Assembly (NCBI RefSeq): GCF_009914755.1
Contig: NC_060928.1
From: the human T2T-CHM13v2.0 reference genome, Homo sapiens
Length of the DNA stretch: 64,000 bases
Reading direction: 5' to 3' (one strand)
The position numbers were made by a program, and so were the translations under genes. The notes below the pieces were generated by a model. The model did no database searches and was not told where the DNA came from. It saw only the letters and a list, made by a program, of their open reading frames with translations. Positions 28,261 to 41,680 of this stretch are shown here, in pieces; the stretch's first letter is position 1, and the number at the start of each line of letters is the position of its first letter.

Positions 28261-30829
28261 TGTATGTATATTTGTATGTGCATATTTATGTATTTCTCCT
28301 TAAAAATTAGTTATCATAATAATAAGCCTTTCCAAATATTGGAAAGATGATTTACTGGGAGAGGAGAGAGATTAAGATAAATTTTGTAATGAAGCATGAG
28401 CTCTATGATACTTTGGGGACAATTCTGATGAATATTTTGCTCTAATTTAGTTTGTCCCAAATACGTCTTATTAGCTGTTTGTGGAAACAAGAGTGAAGCA
28501 TGATGCTATTTTAGAAACACATTTCCTGACATGTGGTTTGGAATCCTTCAAGAAAATGTAGAGGAGGAGACAACATTCAGTCTCCAGCTGGTATGAGTGT
28601 CTTGTGGAGAAAGTGAACTGTCAGGGAAAAAAAAATCAGAGCATTTTTATCTGTCAGACATTAAGGTCCATTCATAGTGAAAAATCGTAAACTCAGATCC
28701 CTGATTTGAGCCTGTGGCTGAGATTTCAGCCTAAGCAAGAACACTTCTCCCTTTGTTAGTGTTTAATTTTCTTTTCTCAGTACTGCCGAGTTCACTTATT
28801 CAAATTTGGCTCTTGGTAAAATATCAGCAAGCCAATTAATCCATTTCCTTAATGAGAACTCTCTATTATAAGAATGGGTAACTGCATAGACTTATATTGA
28901 ACCTATCAATCTTGAATTTGAAGGGGAGAATGCCAATTATCCAGTCAATCTGGTTCATTACTGCAGTATTGGACCACGTCGCTAAATAAGCCCACAGTGC
29001 AACTACAATAGCATTGTGGGAGTGGAGAGCAGCGCCTGGCGCTGAACATTTGTTCACGGCCCATTATATGCCAGATTGGGTTAGAAACTTTATGCACACC
29101 CTCTGGTTCCATGTTCTCTGCCACCCTCTGAGGAATTTCTACTTAGTTTACATTTTGAGAAACTGAGGCTAACAAGTTGGAGAGTTAGTGAGCTGTGAAG
29201 CCACCAAATAGCCTCCAAAAGATGGCTACTCATAACAACCTGCTAACTTTATGGTCTCACTTCTTGAATTCTGTAATGATTCAAATGATTCTTTCCAATT
29301 TTGGCTTCTCCTTTGTTCTTTTCTTGACATTTCAACCTGATGTCCATACAATGCCTCTGAATAAAATATCACTCTCATCACTATACTATTATCATAATAA
29401 TTCCCAAATATTTAGCAAGCACTCAGTCTACATCTGATGTGTTAGGAATTGTTGGTGAGGGAGGGAGAAAGGAGGGAACCTTGTACTTTGACTCCTCTCT
29501 AAAATCTACTTCATGAAACATCAGATTGTTGGAAGGTCCAAATTATATGTATGAAAGGCCTTTAGGATTTGTAAAGCTTCAGCACCATTTTTAATATTAT
29601 CATCACCATTTTAAAACTTCCCATAAATAAATTTTAATATTTTAAACACTTTGAAAGTGAATTATTTTAATACTTAAGTCATTTCTAATTTTAAAAAACT
29701 ATATGACACATGAATTTTTCTCTCTTTTCTACTGTATATGGCTTTCAAAACGAATGTAGGAAACAATATTTATCAAATTTTCTCCTTAAATGGGTTAAAC
29801 TGTAACATTTTCTCAGGGAATGAATATATGTACTATCCTTTATTTTTTGTCTGCTTTCTACTTATTAAGTCAATGGAGTTTTTCAGTTCTCAGAAAAATT
29901 TAAGTTGCAATCATTTAAAGTAGCCAGAGATTGCATTTAGCAACATTCAGCTAATGTTGATAACCCTTCCTGGTGCTTATATTGTATTAATAGTTTGTTG
30001 GGGGGGGACTAAAAATGAATAAACACACAAAGTAATTTCAGAAAGTGATAAATGCTGCAATTTTTTTAATTAGTAAAAAAAATTTAATTGAAGTCTAGTT
30101 ACAAGAAATAATGATATATTTGTTACACCATGCTCAATATCACGTTATATAAATAAAACATTCATTTAATATTAGTTTTTCCTTCTCTCATGACATCTTC
30201 ATAACACTTCTAATCAGGTATTAATATGTAATAATTAATATATTAATAAATTCAAATCTAGAATGTTTCCTTTATTAGACTATAAATTTGATGAGAACAT
30301 ATCAGAGTTTATAGTTCCATAGTAATTATATGTATGTGGATATTGGTTGAATATCTCTCCCACAGAACTGTAAATTTTATGAGAGTGTGTGTTCATCATT
30401 GTATCTGCCATGTTCAGCAGTGACTATCTCTGAGTAGATGCTCTCTACCTTCCCCCATTCTCTCTTTGTGTGTGGGTGTGTGTGTTTATGTGTGTATATA
30501 TGAATATATATATATTCATTTACCTATTCATTCTTTTATATTGTATAAAAAGAATAAATTCTTTCTAAAATTATTGGGCATGTACTATTCGTTGAGTATT
30601 GTTACAGTTACAGTAACATAAGACAGACAAGTCACTGGTCTCATGAGCTCACATTTGAAAGTGATAAACAAGGGAGGGAGTGTTCTTTATTATCTGTCCT
30701 TCTTCAAAATTCTAACTTTACCCCCATAGCCATTCGCCAGTGAAATATCAGATAGTAGTTAAGTACTCTGGAAAAAAATAACATGTTAGTATAAAATCCA
30801 AAAACAATAAAATTAGCAAAAAATTTTAT

Positions 30830-31015
30830 AGTACTTGCTATGTACTAGTATCTGTTTTTGCTGCTTTGTAACAGCTCAGTCCTACTATCCAGGTTTTACA
30901 AATGAGGAAACTAAAGCACAGAGTGTTTAAGTTCTTGCCCAAGGTCACACATTTGGTAATAAGTAGAGATGAGTTTTGAACCCAGGCAGTGTAGCTCTAC
31001 ATGCTTTAACATGGC
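30830..31015 (-). mobile_element. MIR SINE
   Basis: ttttacaaatgaggaaactaaagcacagag...ttgcccaaggtcacac core. Confidence 0.8.
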
Positions 31016-31368
31016 ACTAGATTACATCTAATACTTAGAAAAGGCACACTTAACCATTTTTAGTATATTCTCTAACAGTTTGTCCCACTGCAAATCTGAC
31101 AGACCATCTTTCTATGTAAAATCATTGCTAAACATCACAAAGGATTCAATTCAGATGGAAGTCTGGGTCCAAATTCAGTTTTACCTGTGTTTTATGCAGA
31201 TGGACTAAAGCACCTCTCAGAATCCAGTAAAAGAAAATACCAAATTCTAGTTTTTATAGGTTGAGTTAAATTTAGTTATGGCTGTCATGTACCTAACTTT
31301 TTAACACTGTCCTTTGCTCTGTTCTTTGGCTGCTTTATTGCCACAGTTTTATTGACTCTCAAGAGTAT

Positions 31369-31881
31369 TGTGATAGTTAATTTTAGGTACCTACTTTCCT
31401 GGGCCACAGGATGCCCAAATATTTGGTCAAACATTATTCTGGGTGTTTCTGTGGGGATAATTTGAATGAGATTAACATTTAAATTTGTAGTCTGAGCAAA
31501 GCAGATTGCTTTTCCAAATATCAGTGAGCTTCATCCAATGAGTTGAGTGCCTGAATAGAACACAACTGGAACCTTTCCTTGAACTGGAATGTCTGTGTTT
31601 TCCTGCCTTTGGTCTTGAACTTAAGAACCAGCCCTTTCTGTATTTCCTTCTGCTAGCCTTTGGACTAGAACTATACCATGGGATCTCCTAGTTCTCAGGC
31701 CTTTGGACTTAAATTAAAACCACACCATTGGCTTTCCTGGGTCTCTAGCTTGCCAGCTGCAGATGTGGGGACTTACGAGTCTCCATAATTGCAAAAGTCA
31801 GTTCCTTATCATTAATCTCTTTCTATATAACATATGTACATCCTATTGGTTCTGTTACTCTGGTGAACTTTGAATAGCACA
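31369..31881 (+). mobile_element. MLT2 (ERVL) solo LTR
   Basis: TGTGATAGTTAATTTT...CCTATTGGTTCTGTT..CACA, 513 bp, perfect TSD AGTAT at 31364-31368 / 31882-31886. Confidence 0.88.
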
Positions 31882-34800
31882 AGTATTGATTTGATTTTAA
31901 ATCTCTATGACATTTTCTTCCCTCAGTCTTTCAATGGTAAAATCAAGATGAGGAAATAATCTGAATGCTAGTTTAATCATATCGTGTTACAGTTTGTTGT
32001 TGGAGCTGAAACTGAGTGTGGAATATTGACATGGAGAGAGGGCTGGAGGGCTGGAGATGAAGTGAGAGATATGCAGAGCCCTAGAAGGCAGACAGAGAGG
32101 AGCAGAAACATGGGCCATGGCAAAGCTATAAAAATCCATAACAATTCAGGAGTAACTAACTAAAGTTGTTTTAGGAAAATAACATGAAAATGATTAAAAT
32201 ATTCCTTCATGAGAAAATGTAGTTTGTTTAAGATCCTGTGGTAATTTTCAAGTACTTCCTAGGAAGTATTTTAAGAAAGTAAAGGGACCTGTTTTAATGG
32301 GTGAAAAGTTCTACTGACTGTTAGTAGATGAATGTTAAATGCCTTGCAATGTGGAGGACAATCCCTCCCTGTGAAGAACTGGCCTATCCAAAACATCGGT
32401 GGATCCTTCCTTAAGAAATAGTAGCAAAAGATTTTCCACCAATCCCACTCTAACCTTAATAAACCTAGAATTCAACTGTTTCCTGATTTCCTTATCCCTT
32501 TGGCAAGTAGATCTATTAAATAGAATTTGAATAATGTTTTTATATATGTGTGCATATGCCTATATATGTTTGTGTATGTACATAAAATTTCTGTTTCACT
32601 AACTATGAAGTCAAAATTTGGACTTTTTAAAGGGGACTTTTCTTTAAATTTCACCTTAGTTGTCCTGTTGTAAGTTTGTTTTCTTAAATATTTATATGTA
32701 AAAATTTTAATAATTGGTAGTATGTCAGAAAATGGAGGACTTCCATGTTGCTAGAGACAGCTATCACCCTATTACCAGAGAGCACAGCTTGGATAGCTTC
32801 TAAAAGGAAAACTGAAGATAAAATTATAGCTGATGTATTATATGCCATCTGCTAAATGTCTATCTCCTACTTTAATGAGATATTACTCTTCCTTGTGAGT
32901 AACATTTTTACACTTCTGAAAGAAGAAATATTGTGAGACCGCTCATTCCTCTGGGAAAATATATACATGTACTGGATGAGACGGAACAGAGAGGTGCTCT
33001 TTTCAACAAACCAACCTCTCACAGATAGATTAAAAACAAAACAATAGATTTTGTGCATGGGTAAAAATTACAGACTAAAACTAAATTTATCTTTAGTGTA
33101 TAGCTCTGTAGCTATATTTTAGCTTTGTAAAATGGATCTGGCAAAGGTGTTTATATAGGGCTGTCTGATATTACTGTCTTTTCCCTGTGGTTTTGAAATG
33201 GCTTATATTTTGGCAATACCATATTATCACCCGGAAAATGTACACTGAAAAATATTCTTGTTTCCACAACTTGTAGTGTGAATTAGTTACACTGCAAACT
33301 CTCTTCCTGTTCAAATGCAAGCATGAGTTTTAGACATAATAATGGCATGAATACTTAGCAAATGGCTATTTTGAAATTTACCAAAAACAATGGCCCATGG
33401 TAGGGATAGGACCATAGAAAGGGAGATTATTTGGAGAAACTAGTGGAAATAAGATTTAGAGTTTTATTTATGTTGGAGTGACAGGTAGCGTATTCAATGG
33501 CCACCAGAGAGACCGGTAAGAAAGGAGAAAAAAAAAAAAAAAAAGCTAAGCATGAGAGCATTCACTGGCAGTAATTTCTTTTCAGAAAAAGCAAGTCAGT
33601 GGAAGAAAAGCATATTAAAGGGGTATGGAGTTTTACATGGCTATGCCACTGGCACCTTCTGCCCATTACACAAGGGTTGTTATGTCTGTAGCCTAATAAA
33701 GGTGAGTATTTTCCAGGGCAGTGGTTCTCACTATTGTGTTGCAGTCTCTTCACAAGTATATCATCATATTTGATTTCATAAGTTATTTTAAAATATAATT
33801 TAGCATATATAATGTTATACTGATGACTGTCAAAGAAAATGTTGAGCTAGGTAGCACAATGCAATATAGATACAGGAACAAATTATTGTAAAAATCAGCA
33901 TTCAGAAAGTAGCATCAACTGTGTAGCAGTGGAAGGTCAAACATTTATTGAAAGAGTGAGAATTCTGTCTCACAGTCTAGTGGAAGGTGGTCAGGGCAGT
34001 AAACAGCTCTATTCAGATCTCATGACAGTGCTGAAGGGCTACCGAACTGATAGTGCGCTAACTGTGTATAGTTTTATAAATTCTATGAGACACTGTCGTT
34101 TAGGAGTCCAGATTACCCCATAATTATTGCTGGCTTTTTTAGAGTGATTTGAGTCTTTTCATCCATTTGGTTTGCTGCCAAACAGACAAACAAAAAACCC
34201 TGGTGTCTGAACGCATATTTCACTGCAACCACGTAAATATTGTGAACCCTGCCTTAGGGTCTGGGTGCCACTAGCAAGCTTCACAGGGTATGAAGACAAA
34301 AGATAAGGGTAAAGCTATTAAGCACATAGGATAGGATCTCTTACTACTAGAAAGAAGGCCAAACATGTATTAGCAATAACTGATGAAATTTCCAGAGTAG
34401 ATAAAAACTCTTGTTAGCAGCCTAAGGGTATGCTGAATATTTTGAAACAGCTTAGTATTAATTTTTTTTTTAAAAGACTGCAGTCCTACAACTTACTTGT
34501 TTGAAATGAGCCTCTCAATATCTTTCTACTCATGGTTTACTAGGGGCGTAGACTGAATTGTGTATGTGACCTTGACATACTAAGAAGCTACGATGAGAAA
34601 CAGACAATTGGGAGGAATAGAGGGGAAATGATGACTGTGGTCACTGAAGGAGAAACTCTTCATCCCTTTGATGGAAATAAAAGAAAATTATGAGCAGTGA
34701 GAGCCTCCATCACATGCATCCCAAATGAATTTTAGAAACCAGAGCTACTCCTTTGTCTTGAGATTTATGATGAGATCTCCTTGTGTCATTTCTGTCAAAA

Positions 34801-35099
34801 CAAGACAATCAAGAATTAATAAGCCTCCTAACTAATGTAGTCAGTAACCTTATGACCATAGCTGGAACATAACCAAACAAAAAGCCAAAACAAAACCACT
34901 GACTTACCTGTAAACTATCAGAACAATTCATAAATAAATGGACAATTCCCTAGGGAGCACTGTAACAAGCACTATTATGACTGCGCTGATATTCTAATGC
35001 CATTTCAAAACACTTTTACTAGGAGGAATTCTTTTGAATTTCATACACATTTACCAATGCCACAATTCTTCATTGCACACTTATTTTATGAGCCGTGTT

Positions 35100-35380
35100 T
35101 ACCTGCCCTTTTCACAGCAGTACCATGGCTAACTCTCTTGCTGAAATGTCATCTTCTTCATGAGGTCTCCTCTGACCATACTATTTAAAAATGCCAATAC
35201 CCACCCCACTTCATCTGCCATTCTAATTCCCATTTATTTTAGTTCAACTTTTTCTTTTTGCATAGCACTTATCACTTTCTAGAACACCTCATGGTACCCT
35301 TTATTGTCTGCCTTTACCTCACCCCAACCCATCCCCAGAATATAAGTACCATGAGGACAGGGATCTTTGTTTTGTTTTTA
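35100..35380 (+). mobile_element. L2 3' fragment
   Basis: aaatgtcatcttc..ctctgacc..catagcacttatcac..agaatataagtaccatgaggacaggga. Confidence 0.65.
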
Positions 35381-36390
35381 TTTAATTAAAAATCTTTTTA
35401 TAGTTGAAGAAAGCAGGTTACCCAAATTAACATAGTAAAACTGAACACTCACACTGCAATTCTAAAAGCAAAGCAATGAAAAAAGTTATAAGAAAAGTTC
35501 TTAAGTAGTCAATCAGGAAAACAGCTGTGTCAGAAAATTGCCTTGTGAAGGCAAATTGAAATGTAAATCTTTCTGTGGGCTGTTAACTTGCTGAAAAATA
35601 CATTTGGCTCATTAGTGGGGCACTGGGACTACTCATTAGTTAAGTGGAGAGAAATATACAGTTAATGTCTTAACCCAAGACCCATAATCTACTTTTTGAG
35701 CAGGTATTTATTTTAACTTTTGAAATCACTTATCAAGAATTTCTTGAAAGTGGGGGAGTTAAAAGGAATCTTTTCTGAATTCAACACATTTATTATTTAA
35801 TTTATCATCAAATGCTATTGAAAATCTTATCTATGTGTAACACCGTAATTGATAGAATCTGTCATCTTTCCCTCAAGTAATTAGTTTAGGGGTGTGCCTA
35901 GGGAATATATGAAACATGGAATAAATCCTCTCTCTACATTCATATTAAGAAGTTTAATTACCAGAAATAAATCCATACATCTACAGTGAACTCATTTTTC
36001 ACAAAGGTGCTAAGAATATACCTTGGAGAAAAGACAGTCTCTTCAATAGATGGTCCTGGGAAAGCTGGATATTCATATGCAGAAGAATGAAACTAGAACC
36101 CTGTCTCTCACCATATACAAAAATCAACTGAAAATGGATTAAAGACTTAAATCTAACACGTCAAGCTATGAATCTATTAAAAGAAAACATGGTGAAACCC
36201 TCCAGCACATTGGTCAGGGCAAAGATTTCTTGAGTAAACCCCGCACAGACAAACAAAGCAAAATTGGACCACACCAAGTTAAAAGGTTCTATACAGCAAA
36301 GGAAACAATAAGCAAAGTGAAGGGACAACCCACAGAATGGGAGAAAATATTTGCAAACTGCTCATCTGACAAGAGACTTATAACCAGAAA

Positions 36391-36840
36391 AAAATATATA
36401 TGATATATATATTTTTTATATATCATATATGTACATGTACACATATATGATATGTATACATATATGACACACATACATGTATGCATACATGTATATGTAC
36501 ACATATATGTATGCATACATGTATATGTACACATATATGCACACATACATGCATATGTACACATATGTATCCATACATATATATGTACATATACATGTAT
36601 ACATACATGCATATATGTGTGCATACATGCATACATGCATGTATATATGTGCGTATGCATGTATACATGCATGTATAAGATGTATACATGTTTGCATATA
36701 CTTTATATGTATGATATATACACATACATGTGTATACATATATGTATAAGATGTATACATGTATACTAGACATATAAGATGATACACATACACGTATACA
36801 TATATGTATATGTATACGTGTATGTGTGTGTATATATATA
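36391..36840. repeat. Purine/pyrimidine-alternating TA/TG/CA tract with a 30-bp higher-order unit
   Basis: Unit ACATATATGTATGCATACATGTATATGTAC at 36471-36560 (three degenerate copies). Confidence 0.92.
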
Positions 36841-37490
36841 ACCAGAAACACTCTATAGGAAAAAAAATTAATTATCCAACTAAAAAATAGACAAAAGATT
36901 TGAATAGCGACTCCTCAAAAGAAGACATACAAATAACAGACATATGAAAAGTTGCTCAATATCATTGATCATTAGAAAAATGCAAATCAAGACTACAATG
37001 AGATGTTATCTCACCCCAGTTAAAATGGCATATATCTAAAAGACAGGCAATAACAAATACTGGTAAGAATGTAGAGAAAAGGGAGCTCTCATACACTGTT
37101 GGTGGGAATGTAGATTAGTACAACCACTATGGAGAACAGTTTGGAGGTTCTTCAACAAACTAAAAATAGAGCTACCATATGATCCAGCAATCCCGCTGGA
37201 TCCCAAAAGAAAGGAAATCAGTATTTTGAAGAGATAACTGCACTTCCATGTTTATTGCAGTACTGTTCACAATAGCCAATATTTGGAAGCTACCTAAGTG
37301 TCCCTCAACAGACAAATGGATAAAGAAAATGGGGTATGTGTTCACAGTGAAGTACTATTCAGCCATAAAAAAGAATGCAGTCCTGTCATTTGCAACACCA
37401 TAGACAGAACTGGAGGACATTATGTTAAGTGAAAGAAACCAGGCATTGAAAAACAAACTTTGCATATTCTCACACATTTGTGGGAGCTAA

Positions 37491-38491
37491 TTAAACTAAA
37501 GAGCTTCTGCACAGCAAAATAAACTATCATCAGAGTGAACAGACAACCTATAGAATAGGAGAAAATTTTTGCAATCTATCCATTTGACAAAGGGCTAATA
37601 TCCAGAATCTACAAGGAACTTAAACAAATTTACAAGAATAAAAAAACAAACAACTCCATCGAAAAGTGGACAAAGGATATGAACAGACACCTCTCAAAAG
37701 AAAACATTTATGTGGCCAACAAACATATGAAAAAATGTTCATCATCACTGGTCATTAGAGAAATGCAAGTCAAAACCACAATGAGATACCATCTCATGCC
37801 AGTTAGAATGGCTATCATTAAAAAGTCAGGAAACAACAGATGTGGAGAGGATGTGGAGAAATAGGAACACTTTTATACTGTTGATGGAAATGTAAATTAG
37901 TTCAACCATTGTGGAAGACAACGTGGTGATCCCTCAAGGATCTAGGACCAGAAATGCCATTTGACCCAGCAATCCCCATTACTGGTATATACCCAGAGGA
38001 TTATAAATCATTCTACTATGAAGACACATGCACACATATGTTTACTGCAGCAGTATTCACAATAGCAAAGACTTTGAACCAACCCAAATGCCCATCAATG
38101 ATAGACTGGATAAAAGAAATATGGCACATATACACCATGGAATACTATGCAGCCATAAAAAAGGATGAGTTCATGTCCTTTGCAGGGACATGGATGAAGC
38201 TGGAAACCATAATTCTCAGCAGACTAACACAGGAACAGAAAAGCAAACACCACATGTTCTCACCCATAAGTGATAGTTGAACAATGAGAACACATGGACA
38301 CAGGGAGGGGAACATGACACACTGGGGCCTGTCAGGGGTGGGGGTCTAGGGGAGGGTTAGCATTAGGAGGAATACCTAATGTAGATGACAGGTTGATGGG
38401 TGCAGCAAACCACCATGGCACGTGTATACCTATGTAACAAACCTGCACGTTCTGCACACGTATCCCAGAGTTTAAAATATAATAATAATAA
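37491..38491 (+). mobile_element. 5'-truncated L1PA7/8-like element nested in L1MA
   Basis: Restarts at upstream ORF2 sequence (ttaaactaaagagcttctgc); L1PA7-type 3' UTR (gatgacaggttgatggg..aaaccaccatggcacg); (AAT)n tail. Confidence 0.9.
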
Positions 38492-39639
38492 TAAAACAAT
38501 TGAACACATAGAGATAGGAATAAAATGATGGTTACCAGAGACTGGAAAAGGTAGTGAGGATGGGGGAAAGTGGGGATGACTAATGGGTAAAAAGATATAG
38601 TTAAACAAAATGAATAAGATCTAGTATTTTGTAGCACAACAGGGTTACTACAGTCAATAATAATTGTACATTTCAAAATAACTAAAAAAGTATAACTGGA
38701 ATGTTTATAACACAAATAAATGATACATGCTTGAGGTGATGGATACCCCATTTACCCTGATATGATTATTATACAATGCATGCCTATATCAAAATATTTC
38801 ATGTACCCCTTAAATATATATACCTACTATGTACCCCAAAAGATTAAAAGTAAAAAAGTTACCAGGAGAAATAAAAAACATAACAACACATATATCAAGC
38901 TTGAGTATATGAATGAAAGATAGCTCTTGGAGAACTTCAGTCCATAAAAGCTATTTACTGTAATGATAATGACTAATGGCAATGCATCCCAAGCTTGTCT
39001 GCAAGGCCTTTGCATGCAGACTGTGAATATATGTTCTCTGTTCATATCCCCATATTTTATAAAAATTATACAAAGCAAATTATCCTCAGTCCCCAAAATA
39101 CTTTAAACTACATTCAGTCAACTCTCATCTCTCCCTATCTCAGGCAATAATAACATGGTCTAAGTTGCAAAAGCTGTGGTTTATTCACCCCACATTTCTG
39201 AAAGTCACAGGCCAAGCAGTAGCTGTGATTTATCACCCCTCTACCTGAGACGCAGCATTTCCTGAAATACTATCTGATGAAATCTTAATCTATTGCCAAA
39301 ATCCCCATTCTTCCAATATTTTGAATTTTTGTCATTTTTCCTAGTTTTGCAAGAATCCATTTCTTTCCCAAATGGGTTCTGCAGTCAGAGCTATTTCCAG
39401 TCAGAACTTCTAGACGTGTTCCCTTTTAAATTAGATGTTTTAAAGGGGATGAAGTACTGTGATTTTGGATCTGTGGAAAGCAATCTTTATAGTAATCTCA
39501 AAAGCTACTTCTGACTACCTATAACAAGACCGTCTAAAATGCAAAATTTGTTTCTTAAAATATATGCAATTTGCATTGCAAGTTGTAAAATAATTAACAC
39601 TAAATATAGCAACAAACTCCAATGACTTAGGGCATCACA

Positions 39640-39978
39640 TAGTATGTAATATATATTACATGTTCAACAAAGGTTGGCAGGATGTGAGGAGAGATGTCTT
39701 CCCAACAAAATAACTCAGAAACTTGGACTAGTGGATGCCTCCATCTTGTAGCAGCATTACCTGGAAACGTGTTTCTGAAGTTGCAATGGCAGGGGAGTAG
39801 AGAGACAGAGGTTGAGAGAGACATGGGCTTTTAACTGCCTCTGCCCCAAAGTGACTAACATCACTTTCTCTCACAAATCATTGGCCTAAACCAGCCACAT
39901 GGTCCCAGCTTAGCTACAAGGAATGAGAAATGTAGGGGAGTATAAGGAATATTTGATGAGAACTCTCTCTGCCACACA
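39640..39978 (-). mobile_element. Old MLT1 (J/K-like) MaLR LTR fragment
   Basis: aagtgactaacatcactttctctcacaaatcattggcctaaaccagccacatgg motif. Confidence 0.55.
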
Positions 39979-40526
39979 CAATTTGCACATCAGCTTTGGG
40001 CACTGACATGATAAATTAAACTTCAAAGTTGACATGATTTTAATAAAACCACATTTTGAATGTGTCCAGATATTCTGAAGGCATAAGCAAAGAAAAAAAA
40101 ATACATCAATAAGAAAATAATCTTCAAATATCATATTAAAATTATGGAAACAGAGCTTCTCTGACAAGTTAGCTTTTCTGGTGCTATTCAAATATCTTCT
40201 AAATGACACCATTAACTTGAGCAAGAGCAAATTCATCTCCTAGCTTCCCTATTGACCATTTGATGCATCCATAAACCAAACTACATAGAGCTCATTCATC
40301 TTTTGTCAACTCATGCTAATTCATTTCTTTGATTATTGTTCCTAAGAGATGTGTTCTTTCAGATTTCTCTCCCTTGGACATGATTATGAGATATTTACTT
40401 ATTTCTCTAGATAAATGAATATAATTAGAATGATTAATGTTTTGTATATTAAATATTGCAATGGTAGGGACTTTTCCCTTAACTTTTCTAAGCAGGAAAA
40501 AAAAAACAGATTCGAAAGTCATTAAG

Positions 40527-41680
40527 TTTTTTAAAAATCAACTTAGTATTTTAGAATAGTTTTAGATTTAAAAAAAGTTGTAAACATAGAACAGAGTTTC
40601 CATATACTCCCCAAGTATGTTTTTTCTGTTGTTAACATCTTACATTATTATAGTATGCTTGCCTCAATTAATGAACCAATATTGATACATTACCATTAAC
40701 TAAATCACACATTTTGCTTAGTTTTCTGTCATTTTTACCTATGTCCTTTTTCTGTTTCAAGGTCCCATTCAACATGCCATATTGCATTTGTTTGTCATTA
40801 TCTCTTTACACTCCTTTTGTCTGTGACAGTTTCTCAGACTTTCCTTGTGTTTGATGACTTAATACAGTGTTAAGGAGTGCTGGTCAGATATTTTGCAGAA
40901 CGTCCCCCAAGAGGGACTTGTCTAATATTTTTCTCACGATTAAACTGAAGTTAAGGGTTCTGAGGAGAAAGACCATGGAGGTGGAGGACCATTCTTATCA
41001 CATCACATCATCTCATGATATTTCCTATCAACATAACTCATCATTGCTGATGGATGTTTCCCTCGATCACCTGGCTGAGGTAATGTTTGTCACGTTTCTC
41101 CACTGTAAAGATATTCCCCCTCCTCTAACCTTTTCATGTTGAACTTTTTGGAAGGACGTCACTAAGCACAATCCACACTTAGGGAGTGGGGGTTTATGCT
41201 CCACCTCCTTGAGGACAAAGACTGTAAAGTATGTGGAATCCTTCTACACAGGAGGCTTGCCTACTCTCCCCCCTTTACTTATTTTATGCAATCATTTATT
41301 TATATCTGTATGAACTCATGGACATTTATATTTTGGATTATAATCCAAAACTACTTTATTTTTTGCTCAAATTATTCCAGCTTTGGCCATTGGGAGCTGT
41401 TTCAGTTGGTTCCTTTATCCTTCTGATACACCCCATCATTGTGTTTCTGTGTGTGGTGGGGCGGGGGTGGAGTTGGATAATTCTTTACTTTTCAGCACTG
41501 TGTTTTGTATATTTAACATGTGTATTTTCTGCCCCTGTCCTAGTATCAATCATTTCTCAAGGAGCTCTGATTCCTTTAAGTGGAGAATAGTAGAAATTAA
41601 GATCTGGGTGCTAGAGGTGCTCACTGCTACTAGGTATTACCTCTAGACCCTGTCAGCTGACAAGACAAAGAGAGATATGT
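40527..41680 (-). mobile_element. L1MC-type 3' UTR
   Basis: ttttagaatagttttagattta..aagttg..acagagtttccatata; gatcacctggctgaggta. Confidence 0.8.

Larger units (their letters stand above)
35960..38850 (+). mobile_element. L1MA-type (approx. L1MA2-3) 3' portion hosting a repeat tract and a nested L1PA
   Basis: Degraded ORF2 3' end at 35960-37490; L1MA 3' UTR resumes near 38492 (aaaacaattgaac...atggttaccagag). Confidence 0.85.

Noticed and set aside
14620-34910. Isolated strong splice donors (e.g. GTAAGT at 14630, GTGAGT near 33702, minus-strand CAGGTAAGT near 34902-34910)
   Set aside because: No matching acceptor or credible coding frame found; expected by chance.
36471-36560. Regular 30-bp repeats superficially like a CRISPR array
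   Set aside because: No unique spacers, no cas genes, and primate context.
36289-36851. Six overlapping His/Tyr/Cys/Met-rich ORFs of 65-142 aa
   Set aside because: Artefacts of the alternating purine-pyrimidine repeat, which rarely produces stop codons.
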